Shown here: positions 26,071 through 40,500 of the stretch, in pieces
How the letters are laid out: every line of letters starts with the position of its first letter
How positions within the stretch are numbered: the first letter of the stretch is position 1
Source of the DNA: Schmidtea polychroa
Taxonomy: Eukaryota
DNA: 64,000 bases
Assembly (NCBI GenBank): GCA_044892525.1
Contig: CM097885.1
Coordinates: 44,146,001 to 44,210,000 of the forward strand
Direction: 5' to 3'
Notes under the pieces: generated by a model
What the model was told of the DNA's origin: nothing
The model's database searches: none
The model's input: the letters and a program-made list of their open reading frames with translations, nothing else
Translations under genes and position numbers: made by a program

Positions 26071-27489
26071 TTTCATTGAAAGGGCTGAAATTCTTTGATA
26101 ATTAATTTTTAAATATTTAGCCTGTAATTTTTCAACCTGAATTTTCTAATTTATCAGGTTTGTTTACTGAAAAAAATTATAAATTTTTTCATTGTAATGA
26201 TTAATTAATGATTATTGTAGTAATTGATGATTCAGTAGGGAAAATTGAATGATAAATAATTTTATTACCTAATGTTTATGCTAAAATTTAAATTGTCCGA
26301 AAAATGCACACATATACAACCGGTAAACAAATATTATTATTTTTTTCGGGTTTTCCATTGCGTCAGAATTTATTTTGTTTTATTAATAAATACAGAAATT
26401 TAAATTTGGATTATAATAAAATATTATTGAATAATAAAGAGTAAAATAAATGAATTTTTATTTTAACAAAAATATGATAAAGTTCAGATTTCTACTGGTG
26501 AAGACAAAACTATTGAATCGACAAACGAAAGCAATGTGTGGTATGCAAGATATATTCTTAAAGGACTGAAATAAAAACTGGATGTTCTAAATGTTTGGTT
26601 TCTCTATGTTTGTTGTGTTATTTCGAGGAGTACAATTATGGCCCCTTGAATAAAAATGATCTAGTTGAATGTTTTTACAAAAAAATTAAATTTTATGGTG
26701 GCTTTTTTGCACATACTGTGCAAAAATTATTATAAAAAATTTTAAAATTAGCAATCTATTTGACAATATTTTTCGAATATTTAAAAAAAAATTTAAGCCT
26801 CTATAATTTGAAATTAATTTTAATATTTAAAAAATAATTTTTGATTTAAAAAAAAATAAAATTTATTTTAAATTAAATTAAAATTTTTAGTAAAAACCGT
26901 GAAAGGATTAAATGAATTAAAACTTTTCCTCGGACCGAGAAAATATTTAAACTATTTGTTACAAAAAGGCAGTGCATCAATGAAAAATTATTAAAAATTT
27001 AAAATGTTTTTATCTTTACAAAGTTTATATTTATAATTTTTGTGGAAAAAGAATAATATTTTTCTACTATTTTTCATTTATTATCCTATTAATTTTTATT
27101 TGCGATATATGTTTTCATGTTATTATTAGTTATTTAGTTATTAGTTTTATAAAAATTCATTTTTCATTTTATTAGTTTTAACGTATTTTTAAATTAAAAC
27201 AATTTCTTTAAATATCTAACTGATTTTTGTATAACTTTGCCAGACACCCAACGCCCGTTTGCTATTCTGTGAATTTTCTTACGAAGATGGGCGTATTATT
27301 TTTAGTAACCCACGGACTCCGGATTTTTTAAGACGGCGCTGCCACATTCAAACACTATAAATAGTTCAACCTTAAGAACTCTTAAAAATTAGACTAGTCA
27401 AGACCGATGCTCGAAATATTCTATTCGTTTATTTATAGGGAAATACAAATAAAAAACTGTTGTAAAACTGCAGTAGTGGAAATAAGAAA

Positions 27490-29160
27490 AATAAGAAATT
27501 GAATACCTGCTCCAATCAGCAATCAACAGCGTAGGGTCGAATTGACAAGTGAAAAGCATCTTAACCTATACATAGTCATCGAACAGGCCAATCTGGCAAA
27601 CCTAACGTTCAAACACGAGAAGTACGGCTACTACAAGAACAAAACCGACGACATTGTACGTTAACGAAACGAAAATCAAACACATTAATGAAGGAAACCT
27701 TAAAACATATCCCAGTGTAAGAATATATGAAACCTAAAAGAATGATTCCAATAAAATAGTCGAGGAATTTGAAACAAAGTTGAAGAACATATTTGATTCA
27801 CTTTTACGAGTACAACAGAAAATAAAAGTCTAGAACACATTTTGTTAATTTAAATTCGTCTTTACGCTACAAACTAAAGTAAAAGTTAGCTTTCACTGAA
27901 AGATGTGATTATAGGATCCAGATGATATTAAAAAGAAATGTACTGCTACTTACTTCTCTAATAAAAGGAGATGTTGGATTAACTAAAGTGATTCACAAGC
28001 AAATAATTCAAAGTGTTAATCAGATTTTTGAAGCTAATCAACAGTAACGACATCGTCATAGTGAAAATATTAATAGAAAAACTAATAGATGTGGCTGAAA
28101 CAAAAACAGAGAACCCTATCAACGAACTGTAAGAAGTATGGAAATAGTTAAAAGAGACTTACGAATACAAAAGAATGAATACAGAAATCATGGTTGAACA
28201 GAATAAAAGATACAATCCAATCGCTGAAAAAAAATCAACTTTATTCACAGAAGAAATTGAATTGAATACAACATCAAATGGAGCAGTGAAGAAAAACTTG
28301 AAATAATATTCTCAATACACATCAGCAAAGTTCCAAATATACTCCACTGGATGATATGTGAAACATACTTAAAAAATATGAACTTTTGTCACATTCTAGG
28401 ATCAGATCGTAAGAATAAGACAATCAATAGATATTAAATCGACGGTGCCAAAATCTCTAAAAGATCAAGAATAGAGGTTCATCATAAATTCAAGAACAAA
28501 CAGTTTGGACTAAATATGAATCAGTTCAACCAGGAAGGGAGAATATCAACTAGAAAATGCGAATTACAACATGAATCATCAATACATATACTCAAGGAAG
28601 CAAAATGAAATTCAAAAGGCACTGAAAGATCTGTTAAGAAGTAAGAACATGAATTTTGAAAGAGAAAAGTAGCAAAAAAGTGTTAAAATCCGACACATTG
28701 GCTAGAAAAAAGAGCAAGCTGCACACAACAGACACACATTCTACGACACCACGATAGAACAAATACAGAGAGCTAGTAAAATATATCCAAGAAGAAACCC
28801 GGATCCACATAAAAGTTGAGACATTTGTGTTGTACTCGTTAGGAACCTGGGTCAAAAGAAACAATGACCTATTACAAAGACTAAGATTCAAATACAAAGA
28901 GAACACAGTGACAAAGGCTAGAGTGATAGAACGGGTTATCAAAGGTTCACTGAAGACTTATGAAAATCACTGAGGCTTCCACACACGAAGAAAAATGTCA
29001 GGGTAATTGTATCCGGATCTTAAAAGCGGTACACCTGTGAAGTTTATGCACTAGCTAATTGGCTCAAAACAAAATGTATTTTAGCATATAGATTATGTTC
29101 TTGTTTAATTTTCATAAATAAAATTTGCCTTTCATTTAAATAATTTAGTATCCACCAATA
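27490..29160 (+). mobile_element. Highly decayed LTR-retrotransposon-like internal sequence
   Basis: A-rich coding-like composition similar to the gag element at 9-3060, with many stops. No diagnostic motif could be read with certainty. Confidence 0.35.
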
Positions 29161-29487
29161 ATGACGTGGCAAATACGGCGCAGATAAAAAAGGCGCGAAC
29201 AATAAAGAAGCAGATAAAAATGTATACAGTTAGTCCATATATCGTTTTCCAATCACTGTCTTTTTTGGAATCTAGTTATAAATATTTAATTCACGATTTG
29301 ATATAGATTACATCTATTAATTGTGGTTTTTGAAAAATAATAGCTCATACCAAATACAAAATTAAAATATTTTACAAAGCTTTTTGTAATGTCACAAGCC
29401 ATTTCAAAACTTAAACTTTAGTTAAAAATCATCTTTTGAAAGAATCCATTTTTATGAAAGGGAGAAAAATTGCTTAGTCGCCTAACT

Positions 29488-29975
29488 CAAAGGTGCTCAA
29501 CTTGTGGGTTCTAGGACAAAATGTCACCGGACAAAATGTCGCGGAGAAAATGTTATGTGGACAAAATGTCACGAACAAAATGTCGTGGACAAAATATACA
29601 TACTCAGAGTTTATCCGACAAAATATTTTGTCCCCTATGGGTATTGGTCGCAAAGGTACTGATCACACTCAACATGTCGCAATGGTATATTATCAACAAC
29701 ATTTATATCATGATATTTTGTCCACGACATTTTGTCCACATCATATGTTGTCCTGTGACATTTTGTCCGGCCACCCAACGTGTGGGGTTAAATAATTAAA
29801 GACGTTTTTAAATTACGACAATATTTATACTCAAAGTAGCTTAAAAATGTTTTTTAATTAACATTTGCGAAATTTTTTACCAGATTTTAATATACTTCCC
29901 AAAAGTACCGGTGGGGTCGTATAATTTCTTCATTTAAAAAATGGGCTCGTGATCGGAAAAGTTTGCGCACTACTA
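29488..29975. mobile_element. Buster-type hAT MITE hosting a nested MITE
   Basis: 8-bp TSD gcctaact/gcctaaat (nnnTAnnn); diverged TIRs caaaggtgctcaac / gtttgcgcactacta. Confidence 0.55.
29507..29775. mobile_element. Mutator/foldback-type MITE with ggacaaaatgtc subterminal arrays
   Basis: 9-bp TSD caacttgtg/caacgtgtg. Inverted arrays of ~15-bp ggacaaaatgtcnnn units at both ends. Confidence 0.75.
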
Positions 29976-30399
29976 GCCTAAATTGCAGTAAGCATCCAAA
30001 TTAGTTGTTGACTGTTAAAACTTTATAATTTCTGTTGAAAAAATTGACAAGAAGATACGGTCGACCCCACTATTATACACAAAAAACTTCACAGACCTAA
30101 AATATTTTTTACTTAATACATTTGAGTAAATATCATTTTCCGTAATCAGTTTTGATTCGAGACTTTACTCATTCAATTTTTTACTTATTGTTTTAATTAC
30201 CTCTGCAAAGTCCATAGGAAATCACTAAATTTAAAACTTATAAGCTACTATTCATAAATGTTTTTATGTCATTCTGGAATAGCCGATATTTCTTTTTGAA
30301 TAATAAAAGTATTGTGTTTTTAATAAGGACTTTTCTTCCTCGAGATTGATGCCATCTTATAACAATATAATAACATTTCTAGGGAGGGTCCAAATTCCA

Positions 30400-31255
30400 T
30401 ACAACCTTTTTAACTATCTTTAGAATTAAATTAACAACAAAATATAAAAAGACGAAAAGCCCAAATTTATAATACTGATCAAACTGGGTTATACTGGCGT
30501 TCCCTGCCTGAAAACACTCAGGTTTTCAAAAGGGAAAACTTAATTATAAGAAAAATCAGTAAAGACAGGATGTCAATGATGCTTTGCTCTTATGTTGATG
30601 GATCACAACTATAACTCATATTATTGTTGGAAAATATAAAAGTTTTAAAGGTATGATGAGTTAATTGCATGATGTGTATCATGACTCCAAAAAGGCATGG
30701 TTGACTTCTGAAATTTTTAAAAACTGGTTCCTTTAAATATTTATATCTGAATTAAGGAAATTTCAAGTTGAAGTGTTGGAAATCAAATCCAAAGACGTGA
30801 AATGTTTACTAATTTTGGATAACGTGCCTACTCATCCATATGAAAGAGTTTTATGTTCAGAAGATGGCAAATTAAAAGTTATGTTTCTGCCAAACACCAC
30901 TTCGCGTAATCAGACAATGGACAATGTGATCATTCTTGAAACGAAACAAATGTTTCGAATTTTTTTACATGAAGTGATGGTTGTGTTGCTAAACGAATCT
31001 GATAAAATAGATACCAGGGAAACGTACGTTTCAAAATTTAAAAAGTTTTAGTTTGAAACCAGCCATTTTCTACTTGGCGGTAGCTTGGAAAATAGTAAAA
31101 GTTCAAACTTTGGCGAATGATTGCCTGTTGACGAAGATCAGACATAGGCTTAAAGAAGGTAGACGTTTATTATTACTAAAGAACGATACATAATCTCGGC
31201 AAAAACAGAAGCAACCGAGGAAGATGTTTTACAGTGACTAGAACAAGATGAAGGT
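30400..31255 (+). pseudogene. Tigger/pogo (jerky-like DDE_1) transposase relic
   Basis: QIYNTDQTGLYWRSLPENT, KISKDRMSMMLCSYVDGS, SKKAWLTSEIFKNWF, CLLILDNVPTHP, VMFLPNTTSRNQTMDNVII; frameshifted. Confidence 0.85.
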
Positions 31256-31504
31256 ATTAATTGCTACAAATAATTAATTTATTCTAAGAAAATATCCTTA
31301 AGATTTGAATGTTGAACACTTTTGCACATCATCTTTATACTTTATTGAATTATTTGTTTCATTTTATTAACATAAATATGATCTAAAGTAAATATTAGAA
31401 AACTCACATTCTATCTAAATGATTTATTGAAAATTTTATTAAAAATTATTTTTTATTAAATTAATCATATATTAACACAAAACTATGTTACTATCTATTC
31501 GATA

Positions 31505-34500
31505 TCATATTTTCCCGACTTCTATCATAATTTTCACACCTGTGCCACTTTTAACTAACTTAAAGGCCTCTTCAGCCTGATTGAAAGGAAAAATTTTAGT
31601 CACCAAATGGGCAACATTCACTCGCTTTTGTGAAATTAATGACAAAGCTGCCGGGTAACTAAACAATAACAAAACACAACAGTTAACAGTTTAATAATAT
31701 ATGATTACCAATTAGCATATCGAAAAACTCCTCGAATATCAACTTCCCGAATGAGAGCATTTAAAAGAGGAGCTTGTACAACAGGAGCACCCATGCCGAC
31801 AATAACAACACAACCACCTGAAATTGTGGCTGCAATAGCTAAATTGAGACCATTTGCAGCCCCACTACATTCAATTGTTACATCAACAAGCCCATCTAAG
31901 ATTTTTATAATTAATACTGATTATAACATAGTTTATATAAAATACAATTTTTAATAAATATTAACATAAGTGCCTAACTCCCAATGGAGTTAAACTATGA
32001 ATTTATTTTGATAATACAAATTTTACTTATTTATTAATTTAATCGTAGATTATGAATGAAGTTAAAAATAGCAATTTCTTGTCTTTAAAAATTTTTTAGA
32101 ATTCGGAGAACATTTTTTAGCAATTCAATTAATTAAGGAGATTTTATGTAAAAATTTTGATGGCTTAAAATTTGATAGGTATTTTTAATTTTAATTAAAT
32201 ATTTTTTTTAAAATAATAAATGTGTTAATGCAGCTGCAAAAATGCATTAGGTTGATGGGTTAAAGTATGGCGTGTACTCATTAGATGGTTCGTATCTTGC
32301 TTGATCATTGTTACCCAATATGTAAAGCTAGTTCAGTCCACCTTCAACATGTTTCCATTATGAAGAACTATCAACTGATAGAGTATGATAAATACCATTC
32401 GAGTAATTACAAGATTTGCTAATTTGATCGAATGATTAACCTTATAAGCTTTGTTAAAGTCGCGGGATCTGGTTACAAAGACTTTGATTAAGAATTCAGA
32501 AGTTTTATTGTTTTTTGTTCTGTTGATTCTAATCAAAAATTACAATAAAAGCTAAAAAGTTTTCCTCATTGCTGATTCATAACTCTTGATACTTAAAGCC
32601 CTGTTCATATATTTCTGATCAAGAATTAAATTGTTGAATTAGTGAAATATTTGCGATGAAAGACCTTATTTAATCAAAACTAATCAAAATAATAACAGCA
32701 TGATTTTAATGCCAGCCTGTATCTTTTATTCCCGGGTTCACTTCCCATTGCTATTGTTGGCGCTTACGAAAAGGGCAGGGAAAAAATGAAAAGCGAGTTG
32801 AAGTTGTAGGTATGATCGTATATCCGTCGGGTCGTAAGGTTCCGTAAGCCACCGTATAACTATTTCAAAAAAGAATAAGTACCCATGGTCATGACCATGT
32901 TGAAACTGTACCAAGTCGTCGAAAGCTACAGAGCATGTGAGCCTCTGTGTTAAGACTACTCCTCCGTAGACCTTCTCAACGGGTTCGTGACTACCGATAG
33001 GAGATCTTACGCCGTATGCGACTACTACTCACCTAATTAAATAATAATGTTGATTACTCGGGTTTTCTATTAGCTAAATAATTTTTAATTAATTTTAGTT
33101 TTTTGTAATTATTTCCCTCCAGGCACCTTCATTAACTTAATTTTTATTATATTTGAATTCATCTCATTGTTCGGCATCAGTTTCCCCGGAAAATATTCAT
33201 TTTTAATTTTTTAATTGATATTTTAGTATTTTAATTATTTTTTGTGAATTTTATGTTTTTATTGATTTTCACTTTGTGCTTGTGCCTATTTCATCGAACT
33301 TCAACAATTTTGTAATTCTATGATTTCTCCCTGGCAAAGCCAATCTATTCAAAATATTCAAATTTTCAAATTATAATGAGCTGTTATTTGACACATCAAC
33401 ACTTTTCACTTTCCCGACAAGAAAAATTTTGATATCTAAGTAACAAAACTTACACTACATTTGTTTTAGAATAGGAATTTAAAAAATTATGGAACGGAGC
33501 GGAACCGCACCGCACCGCTCCTTCTAAATTTTTTAGTCACTGCTCCGCTCTTTACTTCAAACAAATTTTCCGCTCCGGGCTCCGTTCCGCTCCTGCTTTT
33601 GATGACAACCAATTAAAAAAATTTAAGCAAAGTGAGTACAGTCAAATTTCTATCTTGTAAATTTTTGTTAATAGTAAAATTTCGCGTGGTTCATAATAAA
33701 AAACAAAACAGTTGGATCTATAAGAAATTCAAGAACGTGACTGGTTATCCAGATCAAATTCATCAGCGTCATTTAGACATAAACATTCTATAAAAGTGCA
33801 ACAACTTTTATATTTATTTATGATCAAAACATATTTCTGTCTTGCAAATTTTTGTTAATAGTAAAATTTCGCGTGGTTCATAATAATAAAAAACAAAACA
33901 GTCGGATCTGTAAGACCTTAATCGATTATTTCTGTCAAAACTTTGCCGGTTTGAACAATTATGAATTTTTTTACACATTTTAATTGCGAGAGAACTCTCA
34001 TGAATTCCTAAGTCTTATTGAGATTATATTGATCAAAGAATTTAGAAGCGATTTAGTTTATAGGACTTTATTCAAAGACTTTCGAAACTGCTGTTTGTAC
34101 ATTCTAATATGGAATCATGAGAAAATTCCCAGGAAGTTATTAAGACGTACCTTTTACTGATACAATGAGAAATTCAAGAACGTGACTGGTTATCCAGATC
34201 AAATTCATCAGCCTCATTTAGACATAAACATTCTATAAAAGTGCAATAACTTTTATATTTTTTTTATGATCAAAATATATTAATTCAACTTATTCCGTAA
34301 ACTCTGACAAAATTTATAAAGCTTTATCCAATCGCTCTTCGTCGAAATTCGTCGTTTATTATTCGACAACCATTTATTTTAATATTAATTTTAATAATAA
34401 CCACTTACTAAAATGTTCTTTTATTTTGCTAACAATTTCCTCAGTGCCCAAATCATTCTTAATATGAATAACAAATGTTGCTCCAAGCTCTTTAGCTATT

Positions 34501-37500
34501 TCGAGACGGCGCTCATTAACATCTGAAAACAAAGATGTGACAAATACCCATGTTACTCTTCCTACCTACAATCACAATGCTATCGGCTCCCAAAGACTTT
34601 GCAACTAATAGGTTAACCAATCCTATGGTACCTTAATATAAAAATTACTTGTCAACTTGATAAAATTTATTGGTAGTCAAACCCGCTCCAATAATTAAAA
34701 CTTTAGATCCCAGCGTAACATTTCCTCGTCTACAGGCATGAACTCCGACAGATAAAGGTTCAATAAGTGCCCCTTCTTCATTTGATACATTACCAGGTAA
34801 TCTATTAAATCAAAATAATAATAAACCTAAGTTCCAATTAATTACAAATGCGTATTTAAACAAATAATTTAATTAAAAGATTTTTAGAATAGAAATCAGC
34901 TCATCAGTACTCTGCAACACAAATTAATCACCAACTAAATTTAGGTAAAATATAAAGTGTCTGCTGATCAATTCAAGGGCCTAATTCCTGGTACCGCACA
35001 AAATATGAGATTACCAATATCATCAATTACGAGTGAAAAAGTCTCAAAAAATGTTTAACTTATATTTTAAAAATGTCTAGTAAGTAAAAAATATTTTCTA
35101 ATTGTGAATTTTTTTCTGATATATTAAATTGTAAGTCTTTATAAATAAAATCATTATTTAAATATTTATAAATGACCGTTTTTAGAGACGAGCGTACAAA
35201 GCATCAAAACCACTTAGAGCTATTTAAAATGGGAAAAAACACTAAATAATACACGAATAAAAAATAATGACCTCATCACAGAAAGTCGGGCGCATAGTGG
35301 TCTCTTGAACGGACAGGGCAAGGACCTGATGCATATTTACACGTGTCTGGAGTTGGAAACTCGCATTCCCAACCTGCATCTTGCCGAAGAAGCAATAGTA
35401 ATACAAGCACACCACGTCCCAGAATCCCTACGACCAGTGGATACGTCCAGGCTGTCGAACCCAGTGGTCACCTCTCCCTCTGCTCCACCAGACACCCCAT
35501 CAGTAGTATCGGCCAAAATCAACGGTGCTATCAAATGTAAAGACCCATATGCGACTACAGAATAGTGTGCCTTACCAAAGATGAGCTTCGACATGGACGA
35601 CGAAATATTTAGTACTGATCTCCAGTGTCAACATCATTTCGCATTTTGCTGTTCGACTAAGAATCATGTGGAAATTATCTTTAAATTTAAGATTTCGAAA
35701 TCCCCTTTTTACGTAAACAATTACTGAATTTTCTTTCAACTCACTTAATATAATGTACACTATATTTAACCGAAACAAAGATTTTACATTCTAAAATATT
35801 CAAATAAACTTCATCAGTTTAAATGTTGAATGCCTTGCTTATTACTTGTCATAAATACTTAATAATACTTAAAAATCCTTTTCTGTGAAGTCATTCCTTT
35901 TTTGTAACAGAATGTGTACTAGTTTTCCCCCACCTTATAACACTCCGTAAAATTTTCTCAGACCCCTCGTCAAAGGCGTTAAGTAATTTACAAACGCTCT
36001 TTATTACAAATGTAAGTTTTGCATTGCTTAAAATACCTGCTAACTTTGCTTCAGGTAAATAAATCTCTTGCATTCAATACTCATACTCTTCACAGAAATT
36101 TTTATGAGTTCATGTTTGATATGTAATAGAAAAAGCAATTCCCGTTCAGGGTCTAGATCAGTGGTGGTCAACCCAAATCAATCAAAGAGCCAAATTTTCG
36201 GAAAAATACTATCACGGGCCACAATAAATTCATATAAATAAATATAACTCGTTTTTACGATTCAAGTAAACTTAGAATCAATTTTTTAAATTAAAAACAT
36301 GCTTAATTCGAATACGAATTCTAAAAAAGACAATTATTGATTTGATGTTTAAAATTGTGTCCGGGCCACATCAAAACGCTTCGCGGGCCACCGGTTGGCC
36401 ATGGCTGGTCTAGATGGTTATTCTTAGATTTAATATAATTTTATAAGAGTTTACACTCCCAAGGTTCTATATAAGCTTCACTTGTAATCAAAATATTTGA
36501 TTAGCTTTAGTAGAACTTTAATGGTTTCGTATGTTTCATATGGAAACATGAATGATTGCTAATTTGCATTCTGGATATATAATCATATGCTTATTCTATT
36601 TTGTGAAACGAGATACATTTGTTATATATAATTAGCAATCATTTAAATGATTAATAGGTCCGTATCACATCATGGGTATTCTTAACGACAAGAAACTACG
36701 GTTCTTACTCAAACACTGTGTCAATCCGGAGGTATAAGACGCACGTGACACCCATTGCTTGTCTAGGTCATTGATTTTGGGACAAAAAATGCTGATACGA
36801 ATTTCTGACCTGTATGTAATGTTTTGCGATGACCTGCGTGCAAATAATATGTGTGGTTTTAATTTTTTTTATTTGCCCACCATCTTATAATACGGTGACC
36901 AGATTTCTTAAGAGTAAATGTAGTATGGGCGGAGGGGTTTTAAGGTTAAGAATATTATATAACACATCATAAATTTATTTAAATTTAATAAAAATAAACT
37001 AATTATTAACAACTCATTCGACTAATTAGAAAAGAACATAAATTATACTGATACAATATAATAAATTAAAAAAATAATATAATTAAATAACAAAACTAAA
37101 TAAAATTACGTGTTTATTATTTTAAAATACATCATTATTTCAAAGTCTTGCATTCGGTGTTGATGACATGCCCTATGATAACTGTTGCCCAAGTATCAAA
37201 GAAAAAAATCAAATCTCGCCCTTGTCCTAAATGTGGAATTTATTTTGCTTCATTAACATTACTCAAAAATCACCACAAAATACACACAAAAGAAAAAGAT
37301 ATGATAAAAACAAGAATCCAGCCAAAAAGAGTATTCCAGGAACGAAATGATGAATTTATGGTTAGAACTGAAGAATCAGTTGGAATTGAAACATGCGAAT
37401 GGATCGACGAAAATTATTTAGACTTATCCAATGCGATAATCTTACAATCAGTCGAGGAAGGAAATATTCCCGAAATAAGCTTAGATAAACGTTTTCGGTG

Positions 37501-40500
37501 CAAATTGAATGAATAATTTTGAAGTTATATAAAATATTGAAAAATGAAAATAAGTTAAACTATATTTAAAAAAAATTATTTTATCAAAATATGAACTTTA
37601 AAAATTTTTGTTACGTTACTCGACTAGGGGAGGGGATTCAGAATTTGTTATGATTTGTTACTAGGGGAGGGGGCAAAAAGTCGATTTTTAGCGTTACGTA
37701 ATTTACGAACGTTCCCTAAAGGTATATATAAGAATGTTCCATTGATATTTACTTGAAACAAAAATCTTCAGGATGAGTGATATATTGACATAATGTTCCA
37801 TCAAACGGAGGAGTAGCATGAAATACGACCTTTGAGCACAAATTATATCGCCCGTTGATGCATAATTGACATCTTCTGCATGGAACTCCTGGTTCAATAG
37901 CCACCCGATCCCCTAAATCCGGTTAAATATAATATATATAAAAATGTTATTAATCGTGTGTATAATCAAGTTTATTTGTAAAATATACATTACACCTTTC
38001 ATTACTTATATCAGGGGTGGGCAAACTACGGCCCGCGGGCCGCATGCGGCCCGTATGCATGTACATGTGGCGATCCTATGCGAAATTAATTTTCTTTGTT
38101 TGGAGCTTAGACTTGCAGTTTTGCCTATATTTTTGAAATGTATTTCTTATTGCATTGATTCGAATTTATGGATATTAAATTGATTTTATGGCTCCAGAAT
38201 ATTATTAATTACTGGTCATTACTAGTTAACATTGAAACTGCTTTTCCGCTCAACCAGAAGAGGCTTTTATTTACAATTTACATTTTGAAAGGCTTTGTAA
38301 AAATTGTAATTTTAAAGCGAATAGACTTTGAATTACCCATGAGTGTTGCTAAAAAAAGAAAGATTGAAGACGAATGTCGTGTTTTTAATGTCGAATGGAC
38401 TGCTAAATACTGCTTCACGAGCGTTGGGAGCAAAGCAGTCTGTTTGCTGTGCCGTGAGTGTGTGAGCGTCTTTAAAGAGTACAACTTGAAAAGACACTAC
38501 GAAACAAGACATTTGGATTTCGGGCGCAATTTAACAAACGAAGAGAGAAAAAAGAAATGCCAGGAGTTGGTTAATAATTTAAAGAAGCAGCAAACTGTTC
38601 TCATCAAACATTCTGTAATACAAGATACTGCAACCGAGACCAGTTTGATGCTGTCCCATAAGATTGTAAAACGTAACAAGCCCTTTTCTGACGGCGAGTT
38701 CATTAAGGAATGATTGTCAGATGCAGCAAGCATTGTGTCCAGAACAGAAAACAAAATTTGACAGCATTTCTTTATCAAGGAAAACCGTAGTCAGGCGTGT
38801 TGAAAAGATAAGTGACAATTTGATGCACCAACTTCGAGATGCAAGCAAAGACTTTTTGTGGTATTCTCTTGCATTGGACGAAAGTACCGATGTACAGGAC
38901 ACAGCCCAAATGTTGGTATTTATAAGGGGAATAAACACTCGTTTCGAGCTTACTGAAGAATTACTTAGTGTTGAGTCGCTCAAAGACACAACCACAGGCC
39001 AGGATTTATTCAACTCTGTTGAGAACTGTGTTGAAAAAACTGGGTTGATGTGGAACAAGATGGCAAGTGTAACAACCGATGGAGCGCGAGCTTTGACTGG
39101 AAAAAATGTTGGTCTGGTGAAGTTGATGAATAATAAAATTAAAGAAAAACATCCTAACCATGCACTTTTACCTCTCCACTGTGTCATCCATCAGGAGAGT
39201 CTGTAAAGCTGCAATGCATATTAAGCATGTCATTGATCCAGTTGTCAGTGTGATAAACCTCATCAGAGCCAGGGCACTTAATCACAGGCAGTTTCAGACA
39301 CTGCTTAAAGATTTGGAAACTGAACATTCTGAGGTTATCTACCACAGCAGTGTCCGCTGGCTAAGCCTAGGCAAGATATTAAGGTGAGTGTGGGATCTCA
39401 AGGAAGAAATAGTTATGTTCTTGGAGATGACGGGGGTTGTTTGTGACTTTGGCACTAACATTGTTAACGAAGAGTGGAAGTCAGACTTCGTGCTTGCCAT
39501 TGACATTATGGAAAAGTTGAATGAGCTGAATGTTAAACTTCAGGGCAATAGCTTGTTTGCGCATGAAATGTATGTACATGTTAAATCATTTCAGGCAAAA
39601 CTCTCCCTGTTCTCTAGGCAAGCTGGTGAAAACAGGTTTTGCAATTTCCCTTTGCTGAATCAGAATACCATTTCTGGTCAAATGGCTGACAAGTACAAGG
39701 CTCAGTTGGATGCCTTGGTTGTGGAGTTTGAAAGGAGGTTCCAAGACTTCAAAACCCTAGAACCACTCTTCAATATCCTCAGTTCGCCATTTAGTGCAGA
39801 AGCTGATTCAGCCCCAGAGGATATACAGTTAGAACTGCTTGACTTACAAGCAGAAAATGACCTGAAGGAGAAGTTCAAGTCAGTTCTTCTGCTGGAGTTT
39901 TATGGATGTTTGCCAGCAGCAGTATTTCCGCAGCTAAAACACCTTGCTGCCAAGCTTTTGTCACTATTTGGGTCCACATACATTTGTGAGCAAGCGTTTT
40001 CTTGTATGAAAATAAATAAGTCTAAGAACAGATCGATGTTGACTGACTGCAATTTAAATGCCGTTATGCGAATCACAACCAGTAAACTGGTTCCACAGTT
40101 CAAGAAAATTATTCAAAATTGTGAACAGTTACATACTTCTCATTAATTATAGTAGATGGATTGGGCACCGCTGGCACAGGGCACCGCTAGCACAGTACCC
40201 CCCCTCCCCCCGTCGAAAAGATTTTCAAAAATATTCTAAGGCTAAAAGTACATTTTTTTTTCAACGTCAAATTTAAACAAAGACATATGACTCATCAAGG
40301 TCATTGAAACAAAGACCATGACTCATATCATGACTCATCAAATTTTCAAGGTCATTTAAACAAAGGCCATGACTCATCATATGACTCATCAAGGTCATTT
40401 TCAAGGTCATATGACTCATACTATGACTCATCAAGGACAAAAAATTTTCTCAAGGTCATTTAAACAAAGACCATCACTCATCAAGGCCATTTTCAAGGCC

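Noticed and set aside
32250..33030. Possible non-LTR retrotransposon fragment ([15 protein letters not shown] on the minus strand)
   Set aside because: One weak motif among many stops; not enough to annotate without a search.
38168..38338. N-terminal extension of the ORF-track 181-aa ORF
   Set aside because: Family-typical sequence begins at MSVAKKRK (38339); the upstream part looks like transposon 5' non-coding DNA.
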